This document shows positions 49,554-62,545 of a stretch of 64,000 bases of DNA, piece after piece. The DNA is from Octopus vulgaris. Its lineage: Eukaryota. The DNA is taken from NCBI GenBank assembly GCA_951406725.2, contig OX597826.1, positions 72,354,001 to 72,418,000 on the forward strand. Reading direction: 5' to 3'. Both the position numbers and the translations under genes were made by a program. Each line of letters opens with the position of its first letter. Position 1 is the stretch's first letter. The notes below the pieces were generated by a model. The model was not told where the DNA came from. It saw only the letters and a list, made by a program, of their open reading frames with translations, and made no database searches.

Positions 49554-50693
49554 GTAAGTATTTTGTCTTGCTTGTAAACAGAAAACCTTCTGAGCAAGAC
49601 ACTTAGACTTCCCTGCCTCATTGAGGGACTTTAGTTATACAAGAAGTCAACACAGTCTCATTAAATGTTTGTTTCAATTCACCTTTGTAGGTTTTCTTTA
49701 TTTAATGATAAACTTCTTTGAATCAATATTTTAAAATGACTGGATATTGAAGATGTAAGGAGAAAATGGTTAGATAAGATACATAGTGAGAATAAGTATT
49801 TGAAAATGATTATTTTGAAAAAAAAGCAAGTTTAAATGAGACTGAAGTAGTTTGATTTGTTAACAAAACATTCCTGTATCCACCTTGACTAGTGAAGATG
49901 TAAAATTCCAAAACTTAACAGTTGTTCTAACAAAGCAGTTTACAATGTTGTGTTTATGTTAAGATCAGCTGAGTTGTGTTTGTGTTCAGGTCAGTCAAGC
50001 CATGTCTGTTCAGATGGACCGTTGTTGATCTTCAAATAGTTTAAGAAGCAACTTGTCTGTACAAGATTATTTCAGTATGTAATGACTTGATGTGAAGTTA
50101 ATTCATCCTTATCTGCATCAGGCTCCAGTTGTCTGTAGAAACCATGCCAAAGCAGATGACGAACCTGGTGCAGCCCTCTAGCTTGTCAGTTCCTGTCAAA
50201 CCATCCAACCCATGCCAGCAAGGAAAATGGTTGTTAAATGATTATGATCTGCTGTTGGATTTTGTGATTTGCTACTGTGTGGCTCTGAACCTCCCCACAT
50301 CAATAGTAAAACCCTAAGTAAACAGTATGATGTCACTTGGCAAAGTCAACCTCGGCAGAATTTGAATTCAGAATGTAGAGACAGACAAAATGTCACTGAG
50401 CACAGATGTGCCATTTCCTTGTATTTAATGAAACTGTTGTCATTGTTTTTGACGACACGAGCACACTAGTAGATTTCATGATGATGGTTATAAGTAGTTA
50501 TGATTTTTGTATTTTTTTTCTTTCTTTTAACAATTTCACATGAGCTTAAGATAGAAATAAATCATTGCTTTGAAATCCATCAATATATATATATATCCAA
50601 TGTGTTTATTATATACCTGGGTGAGAAGAATGGTTATTATAAAGCTGTTCAGTTGTGTGTTTCTTAATCTGACATAATCTTTTAATCTTTAAG

Positions 50694-50923
50694 GCTATTG
50701 AAGATGGCAATCTTGAGGAAGTGGAAGAGAAGAAAAAGGCAAAGAAAGCGAAAAAGCGAAAATACGTTGATGATGATGATTCAAATTCTGCCTCAACCCC
50801 ACAAAACAAGAAAGAAAAGAAGCGACGTGGGCGACCACCCCTTGAGAAACAACCTCCAAATCCTCCAAAATTAACTAAAATGATGAAGAAATTACTGGAT
50901 GTTGTACTTAGCTATAGAGACAG
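50694..50923 (+). CDS. SMARCA4: Exon 27: AIEDGNLEE..., AT-hook KKRRGRPP, start of bromodomain
   Basis: tttaag acceptor, ag|gttcgt donor, phase 0-2. Confidence 0.93.
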
Positions 50924-52402
50924 GTTCGTTTTGAAATATTGTATTGTCAGTCTGTTTGATTTGTTACTGTAGATGTATTATATACACTCTAGTATACATC
51001 TGTTGTTGTAATATACACTTTTGTGTTAGCTGTCATGTGCATGAGCCAATGTGGAAACCTCTTGGATTATCATATCCCTTCAAATCACACCCTTGCTGTC
51101 TTAAAACAGGACAGACACATTGGACAATGTAGCCCTAAAATGTAAAAGAAAGGTGGGATGGTCAAGGCTGGAATGCATTTAATCATAGGTCTGCTTGACC
51201 TTGAGCTAAACAATAGCCACTACTCATCCAGCACAGCTCCACTCGAGCTGTGACCCTCCACAATTAACATTACTGTTTCAGGAAATACCAATTCTGCCAT
51301 CAACAACCTGTGACTCAGTGGTCACTTGATCTGGTGAAAAAACCAGCCAGATCTCTTTTCACTCACACTGTACCATTGTAAATAAAGGGCACTTCAGATA
51401 ACGTAGTCCTTGATGCTTCTAAAAAATGGAACGGTCATGTCGGAAATACTTTCATCATCATCATCATCATCATCATCTTTGATTATAGATTTACTTGATC
51501 AGCTAAACAACTTGGGAAGTACACCTGTTCTAGATGTAGTATAGATTGTTTCATTGTCCCATCTCTGTTTCAAAAATTGATGAGTCTGTATATCTGTTGT
51601 TCTTCTACTACTGTGTATTTACCTAACTCTTGATTATAAATATTACATCTACGGTCAGTGGTGAAAATTAGTAAAACATCCAGTTGTCAGACATTATTTG
51701 GAATTGTTTCCTTTACTAACTAATAATTGTAGCTATAATGTAGTTCAGAGATTCATCCTTGTTCCGGACATTTAATAAGCAATTACTAGATTATTTAAAT
51801 AACATGATCATGTGACTGACCAGTCTGTCAGATGGTGTTATAGATCACTGGTCACAATGCGCTTTGCATCATTTTAGCCTTCAATTGATGCTACTCCATT
51901 GGCTAGGCGAGCATCTAACTTTCCCCACTGATGATCGAAACGGGAACTGGAGCAATGTGAAATGAAGTCTTTTGCTCAAGAACGCAACACACCACCTGGT
52001 CAAGGAATCGAACTACTGATCTAGCAATCATGAATGCAGTAGACTAACCCCTAGGCCATGTGCCTTTGACTAAATAAAGTAATTTAAGTAATTTGGCAAG
52101 GGGAAGTTGAAGATATTTCTCTAAATATTTTATTGTTGACTATTTAGAATAAAAAGATTAACAGCATTGATAGGCTGAAATGAAGGAAGCTGTTGTTACA
52201 AAGGAATCTCACAACTGAATACTCTGTCATGAGTTCATATTTTATCACAGGTGTTTTGCTGTATATCTTGACCATTTAATTATTCTATTTGTGGAGAAGA
52301 AAAAACACCAGGTCTCCTACAGTAATCTTACCTGTTCATGCTACTGAATACCCAAACTAATCTGTATGGTTTGTGAAAGGCCCACTTACCTCCACCCCTA
52401 TA

Positions 52403-52434
<32 letters not shown>

Positions 52435-52563
52435 TTTAAAAATTGCATAATTTGCAATAATGAGGGTGTCTGTAAGTGTTGTTACTGTTTCAATGATCTG
52501 ACTTATATGTTTACTGTTGTATGTAGATTAATATAATTTTTTATATATGTATTTACTTTCTAG

Positions 52564-52669
52564 TGATGGTCGAGTCCTTAGTGAAGTCTTTATTAGTTTG
52601 CCATCACGTAAAGAATTACCAGAATACTATGAAATCATTAAAAAGCCAGTTGATTTTAGAAAAATTAAG
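52564..52669 (+). CDS. SMARCA4: Exon 28: bromodomain ZA loop ([35 protein letters not shown])
   Basis: Phase 2-0. Confidence 0.96.
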
Positions 52670-52824
52670 GTAGGTCTACCTGTGTTTGTCTATTTTACAT
52701 CATATTGTATTGTTACTGTTGTGTTATTGTTTATTAACTACTGCTTTAGTATTTAGTAACCATCCATCAGAGCAGATAGGAAATTGTGTACTGAAGACTG
52801 TTTTCCAACATTCAGGAATTTATA

Positions 52825-53132
52825 CATAGTTGCTTTGAAGGGTGTATAGGTATTAGGTATTTCATCTGCTGCTATGTTCTGAGTTCAAATTCTGCTGAGG
52901 TCGACTTTGCCTTTCATCCTTTTGAGGTCGATTAAATAAGTACCAGTCACGCACTGGGTTCGATATAATTGACTTAATCTGTTTGTCTGTTATATTGACC
53001 CAGTGCGTGACTGGTACTTATTTAATTGACCTCTAAAGGATGAAAGGCAGAGTCGACCTCAGCGAAATTTGAACTCAGAACATAGCAGCAGGCGAAATAC
53101 CTAATACCTATACACCCTTCAAAGCAACTATG
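52825..53132. repeat. Long fold-back inverted repeat (about 144-bp arms, about 21-nt loop), mostly SINE family 2 sequence
   Basis: catagttgctttgaagggtgtataggtattagg... / ...cctaatacctatacacccttcaaagcaactatg; about 9 differences by hand. Confidence 0.92.
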
Positions 53133-53222
53133 GATCTGTGTCCATTTAGCAACTATGTTTTTCTGAATTTGGCACCTTAGCCAAGGGTTTTCTATCATAG
53201 CCTCAGGTTGATTAGCACCTTT

Positions 53223-53413
53223 CTAACCCTTTTAATACCAATCTGGTTGAGACAGACCCTGGCTCTGTGATACAAGTTTCCTTTTGTAAAGGGATACAAT
53301 TAAAACCTTTCCATCAAAATTTCCTATTAATTATAATCCAAACACTTAACGACAAATTTATTTTACTCAGTTATTTCCAAAACTGATCTAAGCAGAGGTA
53401 GCAAAAGGGTTAA
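53223..53413. mobile_element. piggyBac-like MITE family A, diverged (other remnants near 5366, 6140-6186, 12310-12496)
   Basis: ctaacccttt...aaaagggttaa with the internal ggctctg and attttact motifs. Confidence 0.65.
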
Positions 53414-54457
53414 ACAATCTTTTATTGCTACAAACGATGCTTGAGTCTGGTGGATGGGTGTGTGATTGTATAATAGTGATTGTATAATAGTGCATCAAGC
53501 AAAAATATTTTTACAATATATTCACAATATATTTATGAATATATTGTGCTGTGTATATATGTCTGGGTTATGTTTCTTGCACCCAGGTTATGCTTTGATG
53601 AAATACATTCCAGGCAAAATACTTAGAGCCAATGTATTCGACAAAAATCCTTAAAAATAATACCCGTGGATGGCCGCAATCCAATGACTGAAACCAGTAG
53701 AATATGGTTCTTTTGTTTCCTCTCTGACCCTTTGAAGTGATAGGCTGTCTATACTTGTTGTAGAGGCATGTGGCTTAATGGTTAGGGAGTTGGACTCATG
53801 ATCTCCAACCAACTCTAGTTTTGTAACATAGTATGTTTGCAGTTTTTAACCCATATCTGGCCTAAATACTTAACCTGTTTTAAAAATATACTATCATATC
53901 ATCAAAATTTCGAAGCTATGAGATAATGCATGATTAATTCAAAACAATGTGAATAAATAAACGAAACATTTGACAGAGTAATTTGAATGCTAAAGTTTTA
54001 ACTGGGTGTTTTTATTTACACGTCTTTCAAATTTGCTGCTAATGACTCTAACGAACTTTGCAATAAATGGCATATTGGTTTCAAATTTTGGCACAAGGCC
54101 AGCAGTTTCAGGGCTGTGGATAAGTCAATTACATCAACCCTCAGTACTCGACTGGTACTTATTTTATCAACTCCGAAAGAATGAAAGGCAAAGTCGATCT
54201 CATTGGCATTTGAACTTAGAATGTCAGATTGGAAGAAATTCTGCTAAGCATTTTGTCTGGGCATAGTAACAATTCTGCCAGCTGGCCACCTTCTGCAGAC
54301 CATACAATTAGGTTATTAACATGTTATTTATTACTAGTAAATGACATATTAGCCTAACTGTATGGTCTGCAGTAGACTCCATTATATTGCGTAAATTGAA
54401 TTACTTCAAAATGCATTAATATTATTATATGTATATAAATGTTGTCTCTTCTTGCAG

Positions 54458-54559
54458 GCTAGAATCAGAGACCACAAATATCGAAGTCTCGATGATTTGG
54501 AACGGGATGTAATGTTATTATGTAAGAATGCACAAACATTTAATGTAGAAGGTTCTCTG
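54458..54559 (+). CDS. SMARCA4: Exon 29: bromodomain ([34 protein letters not shown])
   Basis: Phase 0-0; conserved acetyl-lysine-binding Asn. Confidence 0.96.
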
Positions 54560-54927
54560 GTATGTATTGATTACAATTCTATTATCATCATCATCATCAT
54601 CATCATTGGCATTATCATCTGTTCATTTCTCATGTTTGCACAAGTTGGATGGTCTTCTCCATTACATCAGTTCTTCTCTTTCGTCATCTGCTTTGTGAGG
54701 TTCAGCATTTCGGGACCAGCTTCCACTATTTCTTTCTCTTATGCTGACTCTTCTACTTGGATCATTTAGTGTTTCTTAACCAAATTGTCATCCTTCATTT
54801 CATACAACAATTGATTATGTGTGGCTGAGAGAAAGTGTGTGTGTGTGTGTGTGTTCACTGCTTTATTATTTGTGTCTTTGTTGATGTTGAGTTAATAAAG
54901 AGGAATAGTGACATAGATTTTAATACA

Positions 54928-55155
54928 TTAACCCTTTAGTGTTTAAACTGGCCATGTCTGGCCAAAATATTCCACTTGTATTATCTTCAAACTGGTCAGA
55001 TCTGGTTTTTCATGGCTACCTTAGAGTGTCATTTTAAAAATAAACAATCACATCATTGAAATCTCAAAGTCATGAAATGATGCAGGATTAATTAAAAATA
55101 TTGTTAATACAGAAGCTTTACATTTGACAAAATAATCTGAATGCTAAGGGGTTAA
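54928..55155. mobile_element. piggyBac-like MITE family B (partial copies also at 1450-1625 and 53850-54001)
   Basis: ttaaccctttagtgtttaaactggcc...gctaaggggttaa. Confidence 0.8.
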
Positions 55156-55642
55156 TATTGAATTTGTTGGCCCAAAGAAGAGTTTTCTGTGAAATGTTTT
55201 GCTGGAGTAACTTAAAGGTTTTACTGGCTATCAGTTTTTATATTATATATGGTCTGTATAAAATGGGCTGTTCAACATTTGTATATATATTATAAATGTT
55301 ATACATGCTTATATTTTAATCTAAAGTTGTTTCAAGTGTGTATATTAATTTAATTCTAGCTTGATTAACTTTAGCACAAATCAGTAAATGTTATGTTTAT
55401 TGATTTCTATTTTGGAACGAGCATTGTTGGCTTAGATTAGAATATCAGAGCTATTTGTCAGTTAGGGACCAAATTAGATTCAAACCCTGTGCTCAGTGAT
55501 CCACTGGCATTCGGAACGAAGCCTTGAGTTTTGTTATACGTTTATATGGACTGATGTTGGATATACAATGCATGCATGTAATATGTTATTGCATATGTCT
55601 TTCTTGTAATGTGAATTAAAGCCGTTGCTCTGTTTGTTTCAG

Positions 55643-55823
55643 ATCTACGAGGATTCTATTGTGCTACAATCCGTATTTACTAATGCCAGAGAACGATTAG
55701 AAAAAGATGGCTACCTGCCATCATCTGATGACAGCTTCAGTGATGACGATGATGCTGGAAATCCTGATAGTGATGATGATCAAGATGACGATGATGACGA
55801 AGAGGAAGAAGAAGAAACACCTA
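55643..55823 (+). CDS. SMARCA4: Exon 30: IYEDSIVLQSVFTNARERLE plus acidic tract
   Basis: Phase 0-1, a|gtatgt donor. Confidence 0.94.
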
Positions 55824-55961
55824 GTATGTTTCATAATTTTCATGGTTTGAACTAAGATTGTTGTGTTAGATTACCGTTTTCTTGTGCATGTGGCATTGAA
55901 CATGCTCACCTCCGTTTCCAAGGATACTGCCTTGTAAATTTGCAATATATTGACTCTAAAC

Positions 55962-56294
55962 CAGGGCTGGGCCAACCTGAGGCGCGCAGGTTGCATGTGG
56001 CCTGCAGACTTTTATCTTGCAGCCCACTTGATACTTTCTCGAAATAGGTTTATTTAAACAAACATTTAAAAAATTTTATCAAAAATTAAAGATTGTAATG
56101 AAAAGTAAAAAAAGAAAGATTCTATTGCTGTTGCAACAATAATATTTTGTGTTGAATCAAAGATCATTCATTCCTTATTGTAATAACAGCGTGAGAAAGC
56201 AAAATGCTTTCAGTTCTGTCAGTATACAAGCGGCCCTCAAAAAACTTTCTGTGATTAAAGTGGCCCGCAATGTAATTCAAATTGGCCAGGCCTG
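55962..56294. mobile_element. hAT (Charlie/Buster-like) MITE
   Basis: TIRs cagggctgggccaa / ttggccaggcctg; perfect 8-bp TSD ctctaaac at 55954-55961 and 56295-56302. Confidence 0.88.
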
Positions 56295-56407
56295 CTCTAA
56301 ACACATTAATTAGCTTACAATTTGCCTCATCTCGTTAAGCTGTTTGGACCTGAAATATACACAGTTATCTTTCTTTGAAGAAAATCCTAAATATGTGTAA
56401 CTCTCTC

Positions 56408-56449
<42 letters not shown>

Positions 56450-57347
56450 TAGTTATATTCCAAGAATTTATACACTTTCAAAAGAATTTGGGATATAAAG
56501 CTATAAATAATAGCATGTAGATATTGGGTTGAAAAACCCTTTCAAATGGATAGCAGTTGTGTGTGTGTGTGTGTTTTTTTTTAATCCAAAAGGATTTTTT
56601 TCAACCCTCTATTTACATGACATTCTACAAATATGTTTTAGAAAATCTAAGATAAATTTAATGTCGTTAGCCTAGAATCTGCAACACAGAAACAAAACAA
56701 ATGTAAATATTTTCTTGTTAGTTTCCTCACACACGCAGCAATAAAGGAAATTATACTGTCAGGCAGCTTAGCTGCTCATTACAGGTGAGGTACTTCTGAT
56801 TCCTTTGCATACGAGGGGAACTGAGTAGCAAATTGTTGTGGCAGATGCCCCCAGGTGAGAAGCGGGCTAGTCCACTACTAATAAATAGTAGACTGACACA
56901 GTCACTGAGGTACGCTGTTCGGGCCAGTCCCACTGAGACAGCAAAATACGTCATCGTAATGCGGAACATAACACAAATGTTATTGAAATCAAGCACAAAT
57001 TTGGAAGTAGGTGAAATGGATAATCTAATTTGCATATTATACCTTTGTCAAAGGTGTGATTATTCAATAAATGACTATTTTATGCACAAACAGTATGTAT
57101 TAGAAAATTTAAGATTTACGTACCAGGATAGAAAACGGACATTAAATAATGATGATGATGTAGTTAGCCTACAATATATGGTTGATGATGGGGTTACGTA
57201 GGTACACATAGATAATCATCCCATCTCTCTTTCATTCACTCCATCTGTAAAATTTGCTATACGTTATTGTTTGACATTATATGTATGAAAAAATATAACT
57301 GTATTTGTCTTGTGTTTGATAAATGTATATTTGACTTTTCTTTGCAG

Positions 57348-57418
57348 GTCAGACTGTGAAAGTAAAAATTAAATTAAATAAAGATGCATCTAGTTCAGCA
57401 AAGAAGGCTTGTAAAGAG
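57348..57418 (+). CDS. SMARCA4: Exon 31: SQTVKVKIKLNKDASSSAKKACKE
   Basis: Phase 1-0; VKVKIKL motif typical of the BRG1/BRM C-terminus. Confidence 0.92.
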
Positions 57419-58706
57419 GTAAGTTCTGACAGCTGGACATTGTCTTCCTTGTCATGTAATTCTGGAGCAGGTTTCAGAATTATGAGTCATCTTTCAGATA
57501 CTGACAAAAGGAGTTCTGTGACAGCTCACCATATTGGGAAATGAGAAACTGGAACAGCAATTACACCATTAAATTGAGCAGGGTCTTTAAAAGATCAAAA
57601 CTTTAAAAAATGCAGGCTTTGTTCCATGGAAAGAACACATCTTGTCTAAATCAAATAACTTAGAGACCTGTCTAAATTTCAGGAAGGAGGTTTTCACCAA
57701 GTGTTGCACATAGATAAGTTCATCCTGTCCAATTGTTTAAACCTTAGCAGTACTGTGCTCCACCGTGTGTGCGTACACCTCTCAACACCCCTATATAGTC
57801 ACTCTGACCTTCTTCCTGTCTATCTAACTATATAACTAAATCCTTCAAACAGTCCATAAAACTAAATCTAACATTCTTCGCTTAACTATACATACAACAG
57901 GATCCAAATGTAGACACTACCACAAGGAATCCATACAACCATTCTGAGGAACTATAATTAAATATCTACCAAAATCTTTTGATACTTCTAAATACTAAAG
58001 CTAGTTTCCAGTAAAAACATTTTACGGCCAAAGTAATTCTTGACGGTCCTAAGGACAACCTAATTTTCTGTAAATTGGAGTTTATACTTCATTGCTAAAA
58101 TATTTTCTCATGCTTTCTTACAAATTGTCTTTTGTCATGTTCTTTGATATTTTCCAACAGCCTGATGTTTGAATAAGGTGATTATATTTTGTTTTATCCC
58201 ACTGAAGTAAAATATTTTGTTTGAACATGAAACTTGAGTTGCTGCAAGGAATCCATTAAATTGTTTAATATCAAGAATATTTACTAAAAAAAATTAAAGA
58301 TTCTAATTGCTGAACCTTATCAGCAAATGAACAGAACAGCATATCTGTTTATGGATATATCTGTGTGTGTGTGTGTGTGTGTGTGTTGCATTTGTATATG
58401 TATGTGCATATGTGTGTGTATTCATGTCTCCTTGTCTTGGGATAGTGCAATAGTTGTAACAAACCTCACCATCATACAATCTGTGATGTTCCTTTGCAAT
58501 CATCTTTGCAAAAATGCCTGACCACTGTGCTGTTTGTGTTCAAAGTACAAGGTGATATATTACCTTGCTTGGAAACAGATGAAGGTTTACAGCAGAAAAG
58601 GCATCTGGCCTTAGAAAAAAAGTCTCAACAAATATCATCTGCTCATGCAAGCATAGAAAAGTAGATGTTAAAACAATGGTGGTGTCAATGGTGATGATAC
58701 ATAGAT

Positions 58707-58739
<33 letters not shown>

Positions 58740-60290
58740 ATATATGGCTTGGGCTTGGTCGTGTGAGTAATAAGTTTTCTTTGCAACCATAGGAGTGCTA
58801 TATTTATGAGGAAATGTAGAAGAATAGAAATGACAGAAAAATAAATTTAAAAATCTCAACAATAAAGATAATAGTAAGTGTACAAGCGTAAGATCCAGCC
58901 AGTGCAATTGTGCGAGTCTAGTGATGGAGGAATTTTCTAGTTTGATCTAATAAAATCACCTGTTGAAAACCTCTTTTATCAGAGTCCCCTGAGTTTTTTG
59001 ATTAAGCAGAATATTTGTTCTTTACATTGTGCAAATCCTGTATTTTCTCAGTCTGTTTATGTATGGCTCCCATTTTTCAAGGACCTTCTACTTGAAAAAG
59101 CTGTAGTTAATATTCTGGTCTCTTAGTTTCAAGATATGGTTGGTTAGTGCTGTGGAATTTCTAATGTTGATGTGTCTGAAGGATGATCCATTGTTGTAAT
59201 ATCTTTGTTTGAATTTGCCCTCAACCATGTCTATGTAATTGTTTTTCTTGATTGCCTGATTTGGCATTGTTCAGTTTACTTCAACTTCATACACTCTCAA
59301 CTTTATACTGCACGCCTGATCTCAAGGCCAAGGATCTGCATTTGTGCTCACACAAACCATATTGTCTTGTTTAATATGGTTACTTGAGATGGGTGCTGTC
59401 ATGGAAACCACAATTGTACATAATTTTCACAGAACACTCATTGAAAGTTTTTCTGTACCCAGGAATATTTAGGAGATGCTTATCTTGAAAGACCAGGAAT
59501 TTTTTATGTACATTAGTCTTTACATTTAGTGAAAAAGAGAGTACAAGCTATATATTTTTCTCTGTCGATTCCTGGATTGTGTAGGATGTATGAAATTTTG
59601 TTTTTCTCTGTCACAGCCATGTTGTAGAAATCACATCCTACCAAAAATTTCGTTAGAAGATGATAGGCTAGAGATTATCCTAATTGTATTAGATATGAGG
59701 TTTCTAAGCACAATGGAGATTGAGTGTCATGATTATTTATTTATGAATCCAAGGTCTTTGTAAATATCTGATTTTAGGTCTAGTGATGTGTCTAAAATGT
59801 CATCATCAGTTAAATTATTAGCGGCAGTAATTTATAAGTCCTATGTTGTTGAAAATATTTTTGAAATTCTTTTTTGAGTTCCTAAAAATATTTAATGTGC
59901 GGCCATTGCAGTTGTGTGACATGGCTAATCCATTGTTTCAGTACACACTCACTTAGCTTTTCACTTCATTCACAGGCACCTAGTAACATACAGGAACATT
60001 TTGCTGCTGTAAGTATTTTGTTCTCTGCTTTTCCACATCAATTGGCTTTCTTCTTTTCAGGCTTGAGACTTACTTAAAATATTTACACACTTGTAGCCAC
60101 AACTTGATAACTATAACAAGTCAAAGGTGTACATACACACGTAACCATCACACATATGTGTAGAGATATGTACAGAACATATTTACTCTCTCCTAGTAAA
60201 TAAGATGTGTACACTGGCCTTGCAACATCCACTCTTAGCATTTTTCTTCAGCTTTCAGTATTTGTTATATGTTCTTTACATTGTACATTA

Positions 60291-61141
60291 TACAAGGGGA
60301 TACCCAAAAGAAACCAGAATTTCATGATATTATTTTATTCACAAAGTTTTACTTGTTTACACTTTTATCGCCTTCAAAGTATTCTCCATTTGAAGCAATG
60401 CATTGGTCCAAACACATTTTCCACTGTTCAAAGCAGTCTTGGAACTCTTACTAAGTGATGCCTTTTAACACCGCTTCCACATCTGAAAATTCCATAGCAC
60501 CAGCTCTCGTCACCAGTAATAACCTTTGAAAAAAGGTCCAGATCAATTTCTAGCTGTTCTTTCAGTTCACGACACGCAATCAGTCATGACTGCTTTTGAT
60601 CTTCTGTGAGAAAGTGAGGCACAAATTTTGCTGCAACTCTTTCTTTGCAATTCCTCACTCAAAATTTGTTAGCACAAGCCCCAGGGCACGTCAGTCATAT
60701 CAACAAGTTCATCAATTGTTCGGTGACTGTCTCCCAAGATCATTTCATGAATTTTCCTGATGTTTCCATTCATTCAGAAAGTCGACAGACACCCTGAACA
60801 AGGTTGGTCTTCAAGCAATGAGTGATCATTCTTAAAGCATGCATATTTGTAAGCTGTCAGAAGCAGGACAACTGTTTCAACAAGTTTTCCCCAACAAAAA
60901 AAACAGAATTTCACAGAAGCATGCTGTTCCTTTGTTTCAACCGTTGCAAACATCGACAAACGGGGGAGAAGCCCTGCATAACAAAGACGCACTATGTGGC
61001 AGTAGGACTACACTTGATGCTGCCAGTTGGCATATTGATGCCTGAGGGTCGCATCAAGTGGCTCCTAGTGGCGGAAGCCCGAACCACAACAGGCCTGTCC
61101 CGCAGAGAATGTTTCTGGTTACTTTTAGGTACCCCCTTGTA
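60291..61141 (-). mobile_element. Internally deleted, degenerate mariner transposon
   Basis: TIRs tacaaggggatacccaaaagaaaccagaa / ttctggttacttttaggtacccccttgta with TA ends. Minus-strand remnants KEQHASVKFCF, LEDQPCSG, RVAAKFVPH, VITGDESW, WDQCIASNGEYFE. Confidence 0.9.
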
Positions 61142-62422
61142 CATTACATTATATGTTGCTCATCAATGGCCATTTGTCATGCAATCTAGGAGTTGTGAGG
61201 GATGTATTATTGCCATTTTGACTGCCAGCATTCCCCGTTGTAACACAGTCTAACGACGAAATGAACTTGTGCCAAATTCAGGGAATTAGCCATAATCAAT
61301 CATCTTGAGAAATACTTTGTTTCCTGGTGATCCAGTTTCCAACCGATTCTGCAGGTAAACTTTGGTCAGCTGTTACCTGAAAGGTAATTGGTGATGATGT
61401 AAAACAAAGCTAAATGCATTCCTGACAACAAGGCTTTTTGTTTTTGATATCACATGGTGTCTGGCAGTTGTAGAAAATGGATGTAGCTGAAACAACAGGA
61501 AAGGCTACACCACTGCTGTAAGCAGAGGAACTATCCTTTGTGTGTGTGTGTGTATATATCGTTGTCGTCATCATTTAACATCCGTATTCCACGCTGGCAT
61601 GGGTTGGATGGTTTGACAGAGGCTGGCTTGGCAGAAAACTGCACCAGGCTTCACTTGTCTCTTTCACCAGTGATTCTGAAAGAATCGCCGAAAAGAAAAG
61701 TGCCATGGACATCTCTTTGTGATGAGAATGTTGTCATACTGCAAGCCATGTGTCCAACTCATTGGTGCAATTAGAAGAGCATCAGCACTGACATTTTGGA
61801 ACTGGGTTTGTACCCTCCAAGCACACACATGCATGAACAGAGAGAGAGAGAGAGAGAGTGTATGTAAAATAATTTTCTTGGACATATTGGTGCTGACATA
61901 TTCATTTTTGCTGAAAAACTACTCTTGACTCATTTTGCATTGTGAAATGTTCTTCATTTATATTTGTTATACCATGTTTTTGTTTGTTGTGATTCACTTG
62001 AACATTTGCCTTAGAGTTGTACTCCAGTTGAAATATTATAGAATGTTATTCAAAACTATATCTCTCACTTCATCTCATCTTCCATTAAACATCCCTAACC
62101 AGCTTCCACATATCTCTTCTAATACAGTGGAGTGGACAACTAACACTCTTTATTCATCAATAATCTACAAATATTAACACATTTACTAACATAGATACAT
62201 ACATTTCATGAATAAATCTTTCTTAATGTTTAAGTTCGTCCATATCAAAACATTTAGAAATCAACCTAGTGTAAGAAAGATAAGACTTCAAATGAATTTA
62301 GCAAAACAAATGCTATAATTTCCTGGAATTACTGAGGTTTATGGAATGGTTAGTTCTTGGTGCTGTCAATGTGAAGCAGACATGAGACGAAATGTCATTT
62401 GATACAATTTATTTCTATTTAG

Positions 62423-62545
62423 GCCCAAGAAATAAAACCTCGGAAAAGAAAAATGCGAGCGGCCAAAAATCGTCCTGTTATCAGTGATGATGAAGACACA
62501 GAAGGTAGTGTTGGTGTTAGTGTTTCCTGTGGTGAAATGAACTGA
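62423..62545 (+). CDS. SMARCA4: Exon 32: AQEIKPRKRKMRAAKNRPVISDDEDTEG...; 3' end uncertain (stop at 62545, or donor after 62504 or 62515)
   Basis: tttag acceptor, phase 0; RPVISDDED resembles the BRG1 KPVVSDDD tail. Confidence 0.8.
   Translation, partial: AQEIKPRKRKMRAAKNRPVISDDEDTEGSVGVSVSCGEMN

Noticed and set aside
51928-51942. ctgatgatcgaaac hammerhead-like string
   Set aside because: Only 2 nt between the cores, no stem I, and it lies inside a SINE.
56745-57201. GC-richer block with a possible 22-nt exon (56763-56784) and a 122-aa ORF
   Set aside because: The exon would shift the frame and has a weak acceptor; the ORF has no recognisable motif; probably a repeat remnant.
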